Assembly: GCA_913054455.1 (NCBI GenBank)
Contig: CAJXIL010000002.1
Coordinates: 19,755 to 83,754 of the forward strand
DNA from: an uncultured Roseobacter sp.
GTDB taxonomy: Bacteria > Pseudomonadota > Alphaproteobacteria > Rhodobacterales > Rhodobacteraceae
Direction: 5' to 3'
Length of the DNA: 64,000 nucleotides
The translations under genes were made by a program, and so were the position numbers. The notes beneath the pieces were generated by a model. It did not search any database. It was not told the origin of the DNA and worked only from the letters and a program-made list of their open reading frames with translations. This document shows, one piece after another, positions 1 through 11,113 of this stretch; the stretch's first letter is position 1, and each line of letters opens with the position of its first letter.

Positions 1-11
1 AAAGGTTAGGT

Positions 12-929
12 ATGCTCACATTCATATTGAAACGGTTAGGATTGGCTCTGCTAGTCGCTCTGACTGTCAGTTTTATCAGCTTCTCCTTGCTGTTCCTGTC
101 AGGTGATCCTGCGGCAGCATTGGCGGGGGAAACCGCCAGCGGCGAGGACGTGGAGGCATTGCGCCGCCTCTATGGGTTTGATCGACCTATGTTGGTGCAA
201 TACGCCGAATGGCTGTTTTCGGCGCTGCGTGGGGATTTCGGCGAAAGCTATTATTTCAAGCTGCCCGTCGCCAGCCTGATTGCCGAGCGCCTGCAGGTCA
301 CGATGACGTTGGGCCTATGCGGCATTCTCTTTGCGCTGGTGACAGCGGTGCCCCTGGGGGTCATCGCGGCGATCCGTCCGAATTCGATTATCGACCGGGT
401 GGCACTGTTTCTGTCTGTGGCTGGTCAGGCCATGCCGTCCTTCTGGTTCGGTCTGATCTTGATCGTGGTCTTCGCGATCCAGCTGGGCTGGTTGCCGCCC
501 TCTGGCGCGGCCACTTGGCGTCATTTCATTATGCCCACCATCGTTCTGGGTTATTATGCGATGCCGGCCATCATGCGCCTGACACGGGCGGGGATGCTAG
601 ATGTGCTGAACTCGGACTTCATCCGAACCGCACGGGCCAAGGGCGCGGGGGAAACCCGTGTGCTGTTCAAACATGCCCTGCGCAATGCGATTATTCCCGT
701 GGTCAGCCTCGCCGCCGTTCAGATGGGCTTCATGCTGGGTGGCTCCATTGTGGTTGAAAGCGTCTTCGCCCTGCACGGCGCTGGCTATCTTGCCTGGGAG
801 AGTATCGCCCGCAATGACCTGCCGACAGTGCAGGCGCTGATCCTCGTCTTTTCGATGTTCTACATCGTTTTCACTTTCCTAGCCGACGTTCTCAACGCAT
901 GGCTTGATCCCAGAATGCGGAGCGCCTGA
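12..929 (+). CDS. Peptide/opine/nickel ABC transporter permease (DppB/OppB family)
   Basis: N-terminal FILKRLG...GDPA, multiple TM segments, EAA loop 'DFIRTARAKG...KHALRNA', C-terminal 'WLDPR'. Confidence 0.93.
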   Translation: MLTFILKRLGLALLVALTVSFISFSLLFLSGDPAAALAGETASGEDVEALRRLYGFDRPMLVQYAEWLFSALRGDFGESYYFKLPVASLIAERLQVTMTLGLCGILFALVTAVPLGVIAAIRPNSIIDRVALFLSVAGQAMPSFWFGLILIVVFAIQLGWLPPSGAATWRHFIMPTIVLGYYAMPAIMRLTRAGMLDVLNSDFIRTARAKGAGETRVLFKHALRNAIIPVVSLAAVQMGFMLGGSIVVESVFALHGAGYLAWESIARNDLPTVQALILVFSMFYIVFTFLADVLNAWLDPRMRSA

Positions 930-930
930 T

Positions 931-1827
931 ATGACCGATGTCACGGACCCCCTTGCAGCCGAAATTCACGGACCGTCGCCAAGGCAACTTCTGAAGGCCC
1001 GCGCACTGTCGCACAAGGGGCTGATATTTGGCATGATGGTCGTGCTTCTGTTGGTACTGGTTGCCATTCTCGCGCCGGTTTTAGCCCCTCATGATCCCTA
1101 CGCGCAAAGCCTGATGAACCGCATGGTTCCCCCAGTGTTCATGGGCGGCACCTGGGAGCATCCGCTTGGCACCGACCACCTTGGCCGGGATTATCTGTCG
1201 CGGCTGATCTACGGAGCGCGCGTGTCCTTGATGATCGGGGCCATCGCCGCATTGATTTCGGGCGTGATTGGGACTGCTATGGGTGTTGCTGCGGGCTATT
1301 TTGGCGGCAAGGTTGACGCGGTGGTGACCTTCCTCATCAATGTCCGCTTGGCCATGCCAGTTGTGTTGGTGGCGCTGGCGGTTGTCGCAATCCTGGGCGG
1401 GTCGCTGACCGTGGTGATCTGTGTGCTGGGCCTGCTCTTGTGGGATCGGTTTGCGGTTGTGATGCGGGCCTCGACTCTGCAGATCAGCCGCCGCGACTAC
1501 GTGGCGGCTGCGCAGGTCATTGGAGCATCAACTCCGCGCATCTTGCTGACTGAAATCATGCCGAACGTCTTTAACAACCTGATCGTTATTGTCACGCTGG
1601 AGATGGCTCATGCCATCCTGCTCGAAGCCGCACTAAGTTTTCTTGGCCTAGGCGTTCAGCCACCGACCCCGTCCTGGGGATTGATGGTCTCAGAGGGCAA
1701 GAACATGATGCTGTTCGAACCCTGGCTCGTGTTGATACCGGGCGCGGTGCTTTTTGTGCTGGTGCTGGCTATCAATCTTATGGGTGACGGTCTGCGTGAC
1801 GTCACTGCCCCAGAAGGACGGAGCTGA
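931..1827 (+). CDS. Peptide ABC transporter permease (DppC/OppC family)
   Basis: 'HPLGTDHLGRD...RLIYGARVSL', 'LSFLGLGVQPPTPSWG', 'NLMGDGLRD'. Start moved to the ATG at 931, just after the upstream stop. Confidence 0.93.
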   Translation: MTDVTDPLAAEIHGPSPRQLLKARALSHKGLIFGMMVVLLLVLVAILAPVLAPHDPYAQSLMNRMVPPVFMGGTWEHPLGTDHLGRDYLSRLIYGARVSLMIGAIAALISGVIGTAMGVAAGYFGGKVDAVVTFLINVRLAMPVVLVALAVVAILGGSLTVVICVLGLLLWDRFAVVMRASTLQISRRDYVAAAQVIGASTPRILLTEIMPNVFNNLIVIVTLEMAHAILLEAALSFLGLGVQPPTPSWGLMVSEGKNMMLFEPWLVLIPGAVLFVLVLAINLMGDGLRDVTAPEGRS

Positions 1828-1830
1828 CCG

Positions 1831-2826
1831 ATGACAAAGTCCTTGCTATCTGTAAAGAATTTGACGCTCGATATCCCCACCGGTAGCGGCACGCTGCATG
1901 CGGTGCGGGGCATCGATTTTGATCTCAAGCGTGGCGAAACCCTGTCGATTGTCGGCGAAAGCGGGTCGGGCAAATCGCTCACGTCGCTGGCGGTGATGGC
2001 GCTGTTGGGTAAATCCATCAAACGCTCGGCGGATGAGATCCGGTTTGACGATGTGGACCTGCTGAGTGCGAACAAGCGGGTGATGCGCGATCTACGCGGC
2101 AATCGCATGGCGATGATTTTTCAGGAGCCGATGACCTCGCTCAATCCGGCCTACACCATTGGCGATCAGCTGATGGAGGCACTGCTGCTGCACCGCAAGG
2201 TCAGCCGATCAGAGGCGCGTGCCCGTGCGGTGGAACTGTTGGAAAAGGTTGGGATCACCGCCGCGGAAAGCCGCTTGTCGCAGTATCCGCATCAGCTATC
2301 GGGCGGGCTGCGGCAGCGGGTGATGATCGCCATGTCGCTCATGTGTGAGCCTGATCTGCTGATTGCAGACGAGCCGACCACGGCGCTGGACGTGACCATT
2401 CAGGCGCAAATCCTGCGGTTGTTGGTTGACCTCACGCGGGAGATGAACATGGCGATGATCCTGATCACCCATGATCTGGGCGTAGTGGCGCGGGTCGCCG
2501 ACAAGGTTGCCGTCATGTACGCGGGCGAACTGGTGGAAACCGGTCCGGCAACGGAGGTCTTCGCCGCCCCGAGCCATCCCTACACGCGCGGTTTGCTGCG
2601 TTGCATTCCACAGCCGGGTAAAACGGCGCGTGGGGCACCGCTTGGCACCATTGCTGGGATCGTCCCCTCGCTCGTCGGCGAGGTCACCGGTTGCGCCTTC
2701 CGCACGCGCTGCCCACATGCCAAAGCCGCCTGCCGGGAACAAATTCCCATGCGCGGAGATCCCAGCCACGAATTCCGCTGCGTCTTTGCCGATGGGGCGC
2801 TGTCCGAAGAAGGAGAGGTCGCATGA
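1831..2826 (+). CDS. Peptide ABC transporter ATP-binding protein (DppD family)
   Basis: Walker [28 protein letters not shown]-terminal HPYT...GCAF..RC oligo_HPY domain. Confidence 0.95.
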   Translation: MTKSLLSVKNLTLDIPTGSGTLHAVRGIDFDLKRGETLSIVGESGSGKSLTSLAVMALLGKSIKRSADEIRFDDVDLLSANKRVMRDLRGNRMAMIFQEPMTSLNPAYTIGDQLMEALLLHRKVSRSEARARAVELLEKVGITAAESRLSQYPHQLSGGLRQRVMIAMSLMCEPDLLIADEPTTALDVTIQAQILRLLVDLTREMNMAMILITHDLGVVARVADKVAVMYAGELVETGPATEVFAAPSHPYTRGLLRCIPQPGKTARGAPLGTIAGIVPSLVGEVTGCAFRTRCPHAKAACREQIPMRGDPSHEFRCVFADGALSEEGEVA

Positions 2827-3806
2827 GCGATATCCTTACGCTTGATCAGGTCAGGAAGACCTACAGCGTCAAACAGGGCCTGTTTGGCAAACGCAAACCG
2901 CTCACCGCGGTCAATGATGTCACCCTATCCATGCGCAAGGGAGAAGTGCTGGGATTGGTCGGTGAATCCGGCTGTGGGAAATCCACGCTGGCTAAGTTGC
3001 TCTTGGGCCTTGAAAAGCCAACCGATGGGGATGTTCTGGTCGAGGGTGATAAGATGCAGGACCTTGACCGGCGGGCGCTGGCGGGGCGGCTGCAGCCGAT
3101 CTTTCAGGATCCCTATTCCTCGCTCAACCCCCGCAAATCCATTTATGATCTGATCTCATTGCCGCTGCGGGTGCACCGCATCGGTGACGCTGCCAGCCAG
3201 CGCAAGGCGGTATTGGATATTCTGGATATCGTGGGCTTGCCGGGGCGGGTAATCAACACCTATCCCAGCCAGATGTCTGGTGGTCAACGCCAGCGCGTGG
3301 CCATCGCTCGCGCCCTTGTCATGAAGCCGGAAATCGTGATCTGCGATGAGCCGACCTCGGCGCTGGATGTATCGGTGCAAAGCCAGATCCTCAACCTGCT
3401 TGGGGATCTCCGTAAGGAATTCGGCCTGACCTACCTGTTCATTTCCCACGATCTGGCGGTGGTCGAGCACCTGGCGAGCCGCGTGGCAGTGATGTATCTG
3501 GGCCGGATCGTGGAGGAAGCGCCGGTGGCGGATCTCTTCGAGCGCCCACGACATCCCTATACTCGCGCGTTGCTGGGGTCGGTGCTCACCCCCGAGCCAG
3601 GCAAGGGCGTGCCGGAAACCTCCCTTGGCACCGCCTATCCCAATCCTATCGACCCTCCATCTGGCTGCGCTTTTCATCCGCGCTGCGCCCATGCGACGGC
3701 GCATTGCGCCGCACAGGCACCGCGTCCGCTTGAAACTGAAATGGGCCGCGTGGAATGCCATCTGCATGACCCGGAAAGCCCAATGTTTGAGGAACGCCCG
3801 GAATGA
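2823..3806 (+). CDS. Peptide ABC transporter ATP-binding protein (DppF family)
   Basis: GESGCGKS, MSGGQRQR, DEPTSALDVS, PSGCAFHPRC. ATG at 2823 overlaps the upstream TGA (ATGA). Confidence 0.95.
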   Translation: MSDILTLDQVRKTYSVKQGLFGKRKPLTAVNDVTLSMRKGEVLGLVGESGCGKSTLAKLLLGLEKPTDGDVLVEGDKMQDLDRRALAGRLQPIFQDPYSSLNPRKSIYDLISLPLRVHRIGDAASQRKAVLDILDIVGLPGRVINTYPSQMSGGQRQRVAIARALVMKPEIVICDEPTSALDVSVQSQILNLLGDLRKEFGLTYLFISHDLAVVEHLASRVAVMYLGRIVEEAPVADLFERPRHPYTRALLGSVLTPEPGKGVPETSLGTAYPNPIDPPSGCAFHPRCAHATAHCAAQAPRPLETEMGRVECHLHDPESPMFEERPE

Positions 3807-5368
3807 CTGCGCTGTCAAACACCCAAGAGGTCTGCAAACATGTGATCGAAACGCCCGGCGGCGTGGTCGCAGCCCAGAACCGTCTCGCCGCCGAAGCGGG
3901 GGCAGAGGCTTTGCGCGCAGGGGGCGATGCCGTCGATGCGGCGGTGGCCACCTCCTTTACCATTGGCGTGCTTGAGCCCTGGATGAGCGGTCCTGCCGGG
4001 GGCGGCGGCGCCGTACACTGGCGTGCCGATACCGGAGAAGCCGTGGCGATCAACTTTGGCATGCGTTCACCCAAGGGTCTGAATGTTGCGGACTATCCGT
4101 TGTCAGGCGAAGGCAAGGCGGGTGATTTATTCCCCTGGGAGCGCGTGGTCGCAGACCGCAATGTCGAAGGTGCCACGGCTATTGCTGTGCCTGGCACTGT
4201 GGATGGGATCGGACAGGCCCACGGGCGCTGGGGCCGCATGCCCTGGTCCGATCTTCTGGCCCCGGCCATCGCCCATGCGCGTGAGGGCATGTTGGTTGAT
4301 TGGTATGCCGCGTTGCTTATAGCTTCGACAGCGCGCAACCTTGCTAAAGACGCCGATGCCGCCGCCATGTTTCTGGATGATGGGAAATGGCCCAAGGCCT
4401 CTGGGTGGACGGCTATCCCGGACAACCGGCTGGATCAAAGCGCGATGGCTGATATGCTGGACACACTTGCCAAGGGTGGCCCACGGGCGTTCTACGCCGG
4501 TGATATCGCCCAGGGGATGGCCGGGGATGTACAGGCTAAGGGCGGCTGCCTGACAACTGAGGATCTCGCCGGCTATCGCGCCTGGATGGGGAGAGCGCAG
4601 GCTGTGCCTTATCGCGATGCGCTGTTTCATGTCATGCCAGGGCTGACCGCTGGGCCGACTTTCGCCCGTGTTATGGGGCAGCTTTCGGATCTGGATCTGT
4701 CCGCGCCACTGCAGGCCTATCCTGCCTATGCCCGCGCCCTGAGCCGCGCCTACGCAGAGAGATTGGGTACAATGGGCGACACGGGCGAAGTGCCCGAGGC
4801 CCCCGGTTGCACCACGCATTTCTCCATTGTCGATCGCGCCGGCAATATGGTCGCACACACACAGACGCTGCTGTCTATCTTTGGCAGCCGGGTGGTCTCT
4901 CCCTCCACGGGTCTGTTGATGAACAACGGCATCATGTGGTTTGACCCGGAACAGGGCAAACCAAACTCGCTCGCGCCGGACAAATCCTGCCTGATGAATG
5001 TTTGCCCCCTTGTGGGCAGCCAGGGGGCGCGCAGCTTTGCGATCGGGGCCTCAGGTGGGCGCAAAATCGTCTCAGCCGTTGCGCAACTGGCCTCCTTTGT
5101 TACCGACAGAGGTATGGACATTGGCGAGGCCTTTCATGCGCCGCGTATTGACGTATCTGGTGGGGCAGGGGCGATCGCCGACGATAGCCTTCCTCAGGAG
5201 GTCTTGTCCGCCATTGCGGAGGTCATGCCGGTCCAAACCACCCGGCGCACCGTTTCGCCTTATGCTTTTGCCTGCCCTGCCGGAGTGTTGCGCGATGACG
5301 CAGTGAACTCCGGATGTACAGAAATCATGTCACCTTGGGGTGACGCAGCCCTTGAAGAGATCCGATGA
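3803..5368 (+). CDS. Gamma-glutamyltransferase family (Ntn hydrolase)
   Basis: '[10 protein letters not shown]', 'AVPGTVDG', autocleavage/nucleophile motif '[13 protein letters not shown]', 'TGLLMNNG', 'GASGGRKI'. No signal peptide seen. Confidence 0.92.
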   Translation: MTALSNTQEVCKHVIETPGGVVAAQNRLAAEAGAEALRAGGDAVDAAVATSFTIGVLEPWMSGPAGGGGAVHWRADTGEAVAINFGMRSPKGLNVADYPLSGEGKAGDLFPWERVVADRNVEGATAIAVPGTVDGIGQAHGRWGRMPWSDLLAPAIAHAREGMLVDWYAALLIASTARNLAKDADAAAMFLDDGKWPKASGWTAIPDNRLDQSAMADMLDTLAKGGPRAFYAGDIAQGMAGDVQAKGGCLTTEDLAGYRAWMGRAQAVPYRDALFHVMPGLTAGPTFARVMGQLSDLDLSAPLQAYPAYARALSRAYAERLGTMGDTGEVPEAPGCTTHFSIVDRAGNMVAHTQTLLSIFGSRVVSPSTGLLMNNGIMWFDPEQGKPNSLAPDKSCLMNVCPLVGSQGARSFAIGASGGRKIVSAVAQLASFVTDRGMDIGEAFHAPRIDVSGGAGAIADDSLPQEVLSAIAEVMPVQTTRRTVSPYAFACPAGVLRDDAVNSGCTEIMSPWGDAALEEIR

Positions 5369-6756
5369 CCAGAGAAACCGCCCTTGCCAAAGCTACCGAG
5401 TATTTTGAAACCGGTGGCTTTCAGTCCGATCTTGCGCACCTTGTGTCTTATCGCAGCGAAAGCCAAAATCCCGCAGCCGAAGCCCATGCAGAATCTCTGC
5501 GCTACCTGACAGAGGCGATGCAGCCTCGTCTTGAAGCCATTGGTTTTACCTGTGACATCATCGACAATCCAAACCCCAAGGGCGGCCCTTTGCTGTTGGG
5601 TGAGCGACGTGAAGGCGAAGATCTGCCCACGATCCTAACCTATGGGCATGGCGATACCGTGCTGGGCCAAGAGGGGATGTGGCGCGAGGGCTTGGAACCC
5701 TGGGAAATCACCGAAGAGGGGGATCGCCTCTATGGACGCGGCACGGCAGACAACAAGAGCCAACATCTGATCAATATCGCGGCTCTCGAGTCCGTTCTGG
5801 CGACGCGCGGCAGTCTCGGCTTCAACACGCGGATCGTTTTGGAGATGAGCGAAGAGGTCGGCTCAGTTGGCCTGCCCGAAGTTTTCCAGACCCATAAGGA
5901 CCGGCTGACGGCGGATGTCTTGATCGCCTCCGATGGTCCACGCCTGCAACCGGATGTGCCGACCATGTTCATGGGCTCGCGCGGGGGAACAAACTTTGAC
6001 CTAGTGGTAGAAACCCATGAGGGCGCGCATCATTCCGGCAACTGGGGCGGGCTTCTTGCAGATCCTGCAATGATCCTGGCCCATGCGCTGGCCTGCATCA
6101 CCGATGTGCGTGGCCAGATCAAGGTGCCCGAATGGCGCCCGGACAGCCTGACCGATACGGTGCGCGATGCCCTGCGTGATCTTCCCGTCGCTGGCGGAGA
6201 TGGCCCCGCAGTCAATCCAAACTGGGGTGAGAAAAACCTGACTCCCGCAGAACGCGCCTTTGGCTGGAACAGCTTTGCGGTGTTGGCCATGGTCTCTGGC
6301 GTACCGGAGGCCCCCGTCAACGCGATTTCCGGATGGGCGCGGGCCACATGCCAGCTGCGCTTTGTTGTCGGTACCGACCCGGAAGACGTGTTGCCCGCGC
6401 TGCGCCGCCACCTTGATGCCCATGGTTTTGACCAGGTGGAGATCCGTCCCCATGATCGCGGGTTTTTCGCCGCTACCAGGCTGGATCCCACACATCCTTG
6501 GGCGCAATTCGTGGGCGCGTCGATCCGCGAAACTGCTGGCGATTTGCACGTGCTGCCCAATCTCGCCGGGTCGCTGCCTAATGACAGTTTCACGGATATT
6601 CTGGGACTGCCAACAATCTGGGTGCCGCATTCCTACCGTGGATGCTCGCAACATGCGCCAAATGAACATGTCCTGAAACCGGTTTGCCGCAACGCATTGC
6701 AGGTGATGGTCGGCGTGTTCTGGGACATTGGTGCAAGCGGGTTTCGCGGAGGGTAA
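5365..6756 (+). CDS. M20/M25/M40 family metallo-amidohydrolase
   Basis: Metal ligands [33 protein letters not shown]-coupled to the ggt-family gene. Confidence 0.92.
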   Translation: MTRETALAKATEYFETGGFQSDLAHLVSYRSESQNPAAEAHAESLRYLTEAMQPRLEAIGFTCDIIDNPNPKGGPLLLGERREGEDLPTILTYGHGDTVLGQEGMWREGLEPWEITEEGDRLYGRGTADNKSQHLINIAALESVLATRGSLGFNTRIVLEMSEEVGSVGLPEVFQTHKDRLTADVLIASDGPRLQPDVPTMFMGSRGGTNFDLVVETHEGAHHSGNWGGLLADPAMILAHALACITDVRGQIKVPEWRPDSLTDTVRDALRDLPVAGGDGPAVNPNWGEKNLTPAERAFGWNSFAVLAMVSGVPEAPVNAISGWARATCQLRFVVGTDPEDVLPALRRHLDAHGFDQVEIRPHDRGFFAATRLDPTHPWAQFVGASIRETAGDLHVLPNLAGSLPNDSFTDILGLPTIWVPHSYRGCSQHAPNEHVLKPVCRNALQVMVGVFWDIGASGFRGG

Positions 6757-6860
6757 CTGGTGGCGGATGTGATGCGATAGAGACGCTTTGAGGATCACTT
6801 TCAGAGCGCCTCCTTGCCGCGCGCGCTTTCGCCTCCTTTGGAGAACCGGCTGGTTCTAAC

Positions 6861-7832
6861 CTACGAACTTTTCAGGGGAGCACCTCCCTGAGCCCTGATT
6901 TTGAAGCGATGCCGATATTCACCGGCACTAATGCCTGAGATGGATTTGAAAAGACGGTTAAAGGCAGATACATCCTGATATCCTACTCTCCAGCACACCT
7001 CACTAATCGGCAGCGCGGTGAGTTCTAAAAACCCCTTTGCTTTTTCTATTCTCAGTTCCCGAACATAACGGTTTATGGATAGGCCCGTGGTATTGGAAAA
7101 TTTGCGATGCAGTGAGCGCTCGGTCAGTCCTGCCTGGATGGCGAGTGCTTTGACAGACAGACTCGCCTCGATGTTGCTTTCCATCCAAAGCTGCAGCCCA
7201 CGAATTACCGGATCATTGTGCCCCATGTTCGGGCGAAATGAGCGATAGTTGCTTTGTTCACGTCCAGTCGGATCGATCAACATCTGGCGGCAGGTGCGTG
7301 ACACGACGCTTGGGCCGAGCCATCGACCGATCAGGTGAATACCCAAATCAACCCAGGCCATAACGCCGCCAGCTGTGACAATGTCATTGTCATCCACCAA
7401 AATATGCTCAGGGCTGAGATGAACCTTAGGAAAGGTCGACGTGAAGTCCTCCTCAAGTGCCCAATGGGTCGTCGCGGGCCGCCCATCCAAAACGCCCGCA
7501 TAACCGAGCCAGTAACTCCCTGCACAGGCCGAGCAAACTGCGGTGCCCTCAAGATGTCGATTTCGGATCCACAGATGCAGATCGTGATCCTCCGTTCCCC
7601 GTGCACCGGTCAGATTGGGAGGCAGAATGATGGCGTCGAGTTTGGAGGCTGAACCGATTTCAGCAGGTCTCAAGACCCGATGGGATATCTTTCGTCCCGC
7701 GTCCTCCTGTGCATTCCGGTTCGCCACGTCGAACATCTCACCCAACCCGTGCAGAGCGGATTGTTGAACGCCGTCATAGGCGATGATGCCGATGCAGGCA
7801 GGGATTGGCGGATCTGGCACATTGTTTGTCAT
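6861..7832 (-). CDS. GlxA-family transcriptional regulator (DJ-1/PfpI domain + AraC HTH)
   Basis: 'CSACAGSYWL..AGVLDGRPATTHW', 'VTAGG', C-terminal AraC 'VGYQDVSAFNRLFK'. Start set at ATG 7832. Confidence 0.9.
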   Translation of the reverse strand: MTNNVPDPPIPACIGIIAYDGVQQSALHGLGEMFDVANRNAQEDAGRKISHRVLRPAEIGSASKLDAIILPPNLTGARGTEDHDLHLWIRNRHLEGTAVCSACAGSYWLGYAGVLDGRPATTHWALEEDFTSTFPKVHLSPEHILVDDNDIVTAGGVMAWVDLGIHLIGRWLGPSVVSRTCRQMLIDPTGREQSNYRSFRPNMGHNDPVIRGLQLWMESNIEASLSVKALAIQAGLTERSLHRKFSNTTGLSINRYVRELRIEKAKGFLELTALPISEVCWRVGYQDVSAFNRLFKSISGISAGEYRHRFKIRAQGGAPLKSS

Positions 7833-7908
7833 ATCCGCCAATCGTATCTGGCAGACGCACTGGAGTAAACTCAGCTTCAGTACGGACCAAAGTTGAAATG
7901 AGGACAAA

Positions 7909-8475
7909 ATGACCAAAACTGCGCTGCTTATGATCGATATCCAGAACGATTATTTCCCGAGCTTCTCTGGCAGCTTAATGCCACTACCGGCCATGGACGC
8001 GGCCTCGGAGAATGCCGCAAGTTTGCTTTTGGCGGCGCGCAATAGCGGTACAAAGGTGATCCATATCAAGCACGTTATGGCGTCGAGTGAAGCGCCGTTT
8101 TTCAAACCCGGCACAGCTGGCGCAGAGCTCTATGACAGCGTCGCCCCCGTGGAAGAAGAGACAATCATTGAGAAAGCCAGGCCGAGTAGTTTTGTGGGTA
8201 CCACTCTGGAAGACGAATTGCGGGAAGGGCAAATCGAGCATATTATTGTTTGTGGTGCCATGAGCCAAATGTGTGTCGATGCAACCGTCCGTGCCGCCGT
8301 TGATTTGGGTTTCAAAGTTTCTGTGGCCCATGATGCCTGTGCAGCTGCAAATGTCATGCATGATGGCGTCAGTGTCTCTTCTGACATGGTTCATGCTGCG
8401 ATCATGGCGCCCTTGGCCGCCAGCTACGCTGAAGTTGAGCGCACTTCAAAAAGCCTCTTAAAACTGCAGAGCTGA
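7909..8475 (+). CDS. Isochorismatase/cysteine hydrolase family protein
   Basis: 'ALLMIDIQNDYF', catalytic Lys 'IIEK..PSSF.GT', 'GAMSQMCVDATVRAA.DLG'. Divergent from the GlxA regulator. Confidence 0.9.
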   Translation: MTKTALLMIDIQNDYFPSFSGSLMPLPAMDAASENAASLLLAARNSGTKVIHIKHVMASSEAPFFKPGTAGAELYDSVAPVEEETIIEKARPSSFVGTTLEDELREGQIEHIIVCGAMSQMCVDATVRAAVDLGFKVSVAHDACAAANVMHDGVSVSSDMVHAAIMAPLAASYAEVERTSKSLLKLQS

Positions 8476-8592
8476 CAGTTGGGCAGCGTCTCGGCATGTA
8501 TGACTATTGAGGGCGACGCGAACACCTGATGCGTCGTCGCGGGAATAGGCGTGATTGAGTGGCCAGCGACGGCGGTTGGAGCGATGTGCGAA

Positions 8593-8624
8593 TGCGGTGC
8601 ACCTGTTCAGACGGGGGCACCGCA
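8593..8624. terminator. Stem-loop between convergent genes (probable terminator)
   Basis: TGCGGTGC...GCACCGCA arms with further inner pairing, about 20 nt past the stop of the minus-strand gene. Confidence 0.45.
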
Positions 8625-8643
8625 CCCTTCGCTAGATTGCCGA

Positions 8644-9765
8644 CTAGAAATTAAAGGGCTGCTCCGCGATGGTGATTTGGCGGGGTGCGCCACCTAACAG
8701 GATCACCAAATCCGATGCATCATCCTCGACCTCCATCGCGATCATTCCAACGCCTATGTTTCGTGAAAATCTGGGCGAGTAGACAAAGTCACTCAGGATG
8801 CCAACGATTTGCCCAAGCGCGTCTCGCACCTCCAGAGAGTGCTGACATGCCTGGATCGGAGCTCCAGAGATGACATAGCCTACACGCCGGCGCTTCACGC
8901 CTTCTTTCTTGATCTTCAATAGAGCTTCTCGTCCAACAAAGTCATCGGCTTTGTCAAAATCAACCAGCTTTCCCAAAGAAATTTCAAATGGGTTACATGG
9001 ATTTGCTTGTATGCGGCCGTCGGCGCCATAAGACACCAACCCACTTTCAAGACGCTCTATATCATTGGGTGCGCCGGGCCGGATACCGTAGGCCGCGCCT
9101 GCTGCCTTCACAATATTCCACAATTCTACGCCGCACGATCCGTCCTGCAGGTAAAGTTCAAAGCCACCCTGTTTGGACCATCCAGAACGCGCCAGAATGA
9201 GGGGGATCCCCTGCAACTCAGTCTGTTCAAACCCAAAGTATCTGAACTCTTTCACCTTAGGGCCAAACAGGTCGGAAACCAAAGCCTCAGCCTTAGGGCC
9301 CTGTATGGCGAGCGGTGAGACATCCGGTTCAAACACCTGGACATCCAACCCGCGTTCGGCGGCAATTGCACTTGCCCAGAGTTCAATGTCGCTGTCCGCA
9401 ATAGAGAGCCAAAACTGATCTGAGGCGAGCTTCAACAAGACCGGATCATTGATCAAGATGCCGTCATGGTTGCAGATCGGGACATATCGGCCTTGGCCAA
9501 TTTTGGTTTTGCTTACATCGCGCGTGGTTAGGTATTGGATCAATTGCGCGGCATCTGGCCCGGAAATTTCTACTTGGCGCTGCGCCGCCACATCCCACAT
9601 CGCCACACCGGTCATCAAACTATCGTATTCAGCTTGCGGATCTCCGAAGTGGGCGGGAATAAGCATATGATTATAAACTGAAAAGGAAGAAACACCATCT
9701 GCAGTGACTGCATCAAAATAAACCGACTTTCGGATGTTCGGGCCGATGCCTATTTGGAACGTCAC
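8644..9765 (-). CDS. DmdA-like THF-dependent demethylase (GcvT family)
   Basis: 'VYNHMLIP', 'WDVAAQRQ', 'NDPVLLKL', 'WLSIADSD', 'RSGWSKQGGFE', 'PNDIERLESGLVSYG' resemble DMSP demethylase more than GcvT. GTG start at 9765 follows AGGAGA. Confidence 0.75.
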   Translation of the reverse strand: MTFQIGIGPNIRKSVYFDAVTADGVSSFSVYNHMLIPAHFGDPQAEYDSLMTGVAMWDVAAQRQVEISGPDAAQLIQYLTTRDVSKTKIGQGRYVPICNHDGILINDPVLLKLASDQFWLSIADSDIELWASAIAAERGLDVQVFEPDVSPLAIQGPKAEALVSDLFGPKVKEFRYFGFEQTELQGIPLILARSGWSKQGGFELYLQDGSCGVELWNIVKAAGAAYGIRPGAPNDIERLESGLVSYGADGRIQANPCNPFEISLGKLVDFDKADDFVGREALLKIKKEGVKRRRVGYVISGAPIQACQHSLEVRDALGQIVGILSDFVYSPRFSRNIGVGMIAMEVEDDASDLVILLGGAPRQITIAEQPFNF

Positions 9766-10081
9766 GTGATCTCTCCTGTTGGTCAAAGCGGTGTTTTCGT
9801 CTTCATGCCTATAGGGTATTTATTCATAATGTTGTCAATATCTTCGTGAATACGGCGCAATATTGTAGGCCTTCTATAGATAGTTTCAACACCCGGATCA
9901 TTGAGGCCTGGCAAAAGTGAGGGAACATGACAAATGCGGAACTGGCCGAAGAGATGAGTTCTACCCCTTCGACCTCTTTGTGCCGGGTTTAGGCGTTGCA
10001 GAACTCAGGGATCTTGATCAAAAACATCTTTCTGGCAGGTTCAGACCAGATTAAGAAAATCATTACAGCCACGATACAGGA

Positions 10082-11107
10082 TCATACTCGGTTGGATCGA
10101 GAAGCCGTTGCAAAGCGCGTTCGATCAGAGCCCCCAATCGCTAAGCTGATCCACTCCCGGGCGTCGGGCACGACCAATTCAAGCTGAGGAAGGTCGTTCA
10201 CGCACAGGAACTTAAACGTCGAATTGGCTGCTTTTCCCAACAAGGAGACCGTTTCAGTTGGGCAGCGATCACGCCCTTGCCCGCTTTTGATATGTAGATG
10301 ATCTCTGGTGGGCACAAGAACCGCGTCCTGAGCTGCTATGCTGGCGTGGTTATGAAGGCCTTGTGGTAAGAACTGGCTCAGGTCACGAAAGCGGTGGCGA
10401 ATATTGTCGACAAAAGCACCTTTGTGTTGGTCAAACAACCGCGACATCACGGACCGCAGCATCGGGTGAACAACATGCGCGGATGCGAATAAACGACTGT
10501 CGTCAAACCCCAGCATCCGTGCGGCATTCCGCTGCATGTAGTGGTTGAATTTGGCCGGATCCCGCCGCAAGAGAGGGTTTTTTAGCGTCTCTGCGTAGTC
10601 CACCCATCGTCCGCGAAGTACAGGGGTAAACCCCTGAAAAACATCTGTGGGTTTTAGAGGCGCGCTCAGGAATACATCATCGTTAAAGTACATGAACCGC
10701 TCGCTGAGCCCAGGTATCCTCCACAGCATGGACTCAATGGCCAGGGAGTTAAACGTCGGGAGAAAGTCTGCGAATTCAGCAAAGATCTCGTGATGAAAAA
10801 CAAACGCGACTTTGGCTCGCAGTTTTGCGGAGAGAGACTTCAAGTCTGGCGTTTCCTCGTCGACCACAATCCAAATTCTACCTACCCAAGGGGCATGGTT
10901 TTCTATGGATTGAAGGCAGTACAAGATTTCATCGTTGCAGGCCCACCGATGCGGATTGGTGGCGTTTTCGTGAAGCGGGGCTTCAGTTTGCGACATGTAT
11001 AGTTGCCGCTTTCGCAGGTGGACTTCGGAACTTCCGTTGACCCAGGTGATAACAGCATCAATCGGATCGCAAAGATCGGCGTTTTGTGGGGGCATATTGT
11101 TTTTCAA
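10082..11107 (-). CDS. Stealth family (CpsY/XcbA-like) hexose-1-phosphate transferase
   Basis: CR1 'PIDAVITWVNG', CR2 'LPTFNSLAIES.LWRIPGLSERFMYFNDDVF', CR3 'AHVVHPM', CR4 'FLCVND'. Confidence 0.9.
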   Translation of the reverse strand: MKNNMPPQNADLCDPIDAVITWVNGSSEVHLRKRQLYMSQTEAPLHENATNPHRWACNDEILYCLQSIENHAPWVGRIWIVVDEETPDLKSLSAKLRAKVAFVFHHEIFAEFADFLPTFNSLAIESMLWRIPGLSERFMYFNDDVFLSAPLKPTDVFQGFTPVLRGRWVDYAETLKNPLLRRDPAKFNHYMQRNAARMLGFDDSRLFASAHVVHPMLRSVMSRLFDQHKGAFVDNIRHRFRDLSQFLPQGLHNHASIAAQDAVLVPTRDHLHIKSGQGRDRCPTETVSLLGKAANSTFKFLCVNDLPQLELVVPDAREWISLAIGGSDRTRFATASRSNRV

Positions 11108-11113
11108 AGCAGT

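Noticed and set aside
9875-9900. TGATCC-N16-TATA upstream of the dmdA-like gene as a fifth RpoE promoter
   Set aside because: The -10 element misses CGTA at two of four positions
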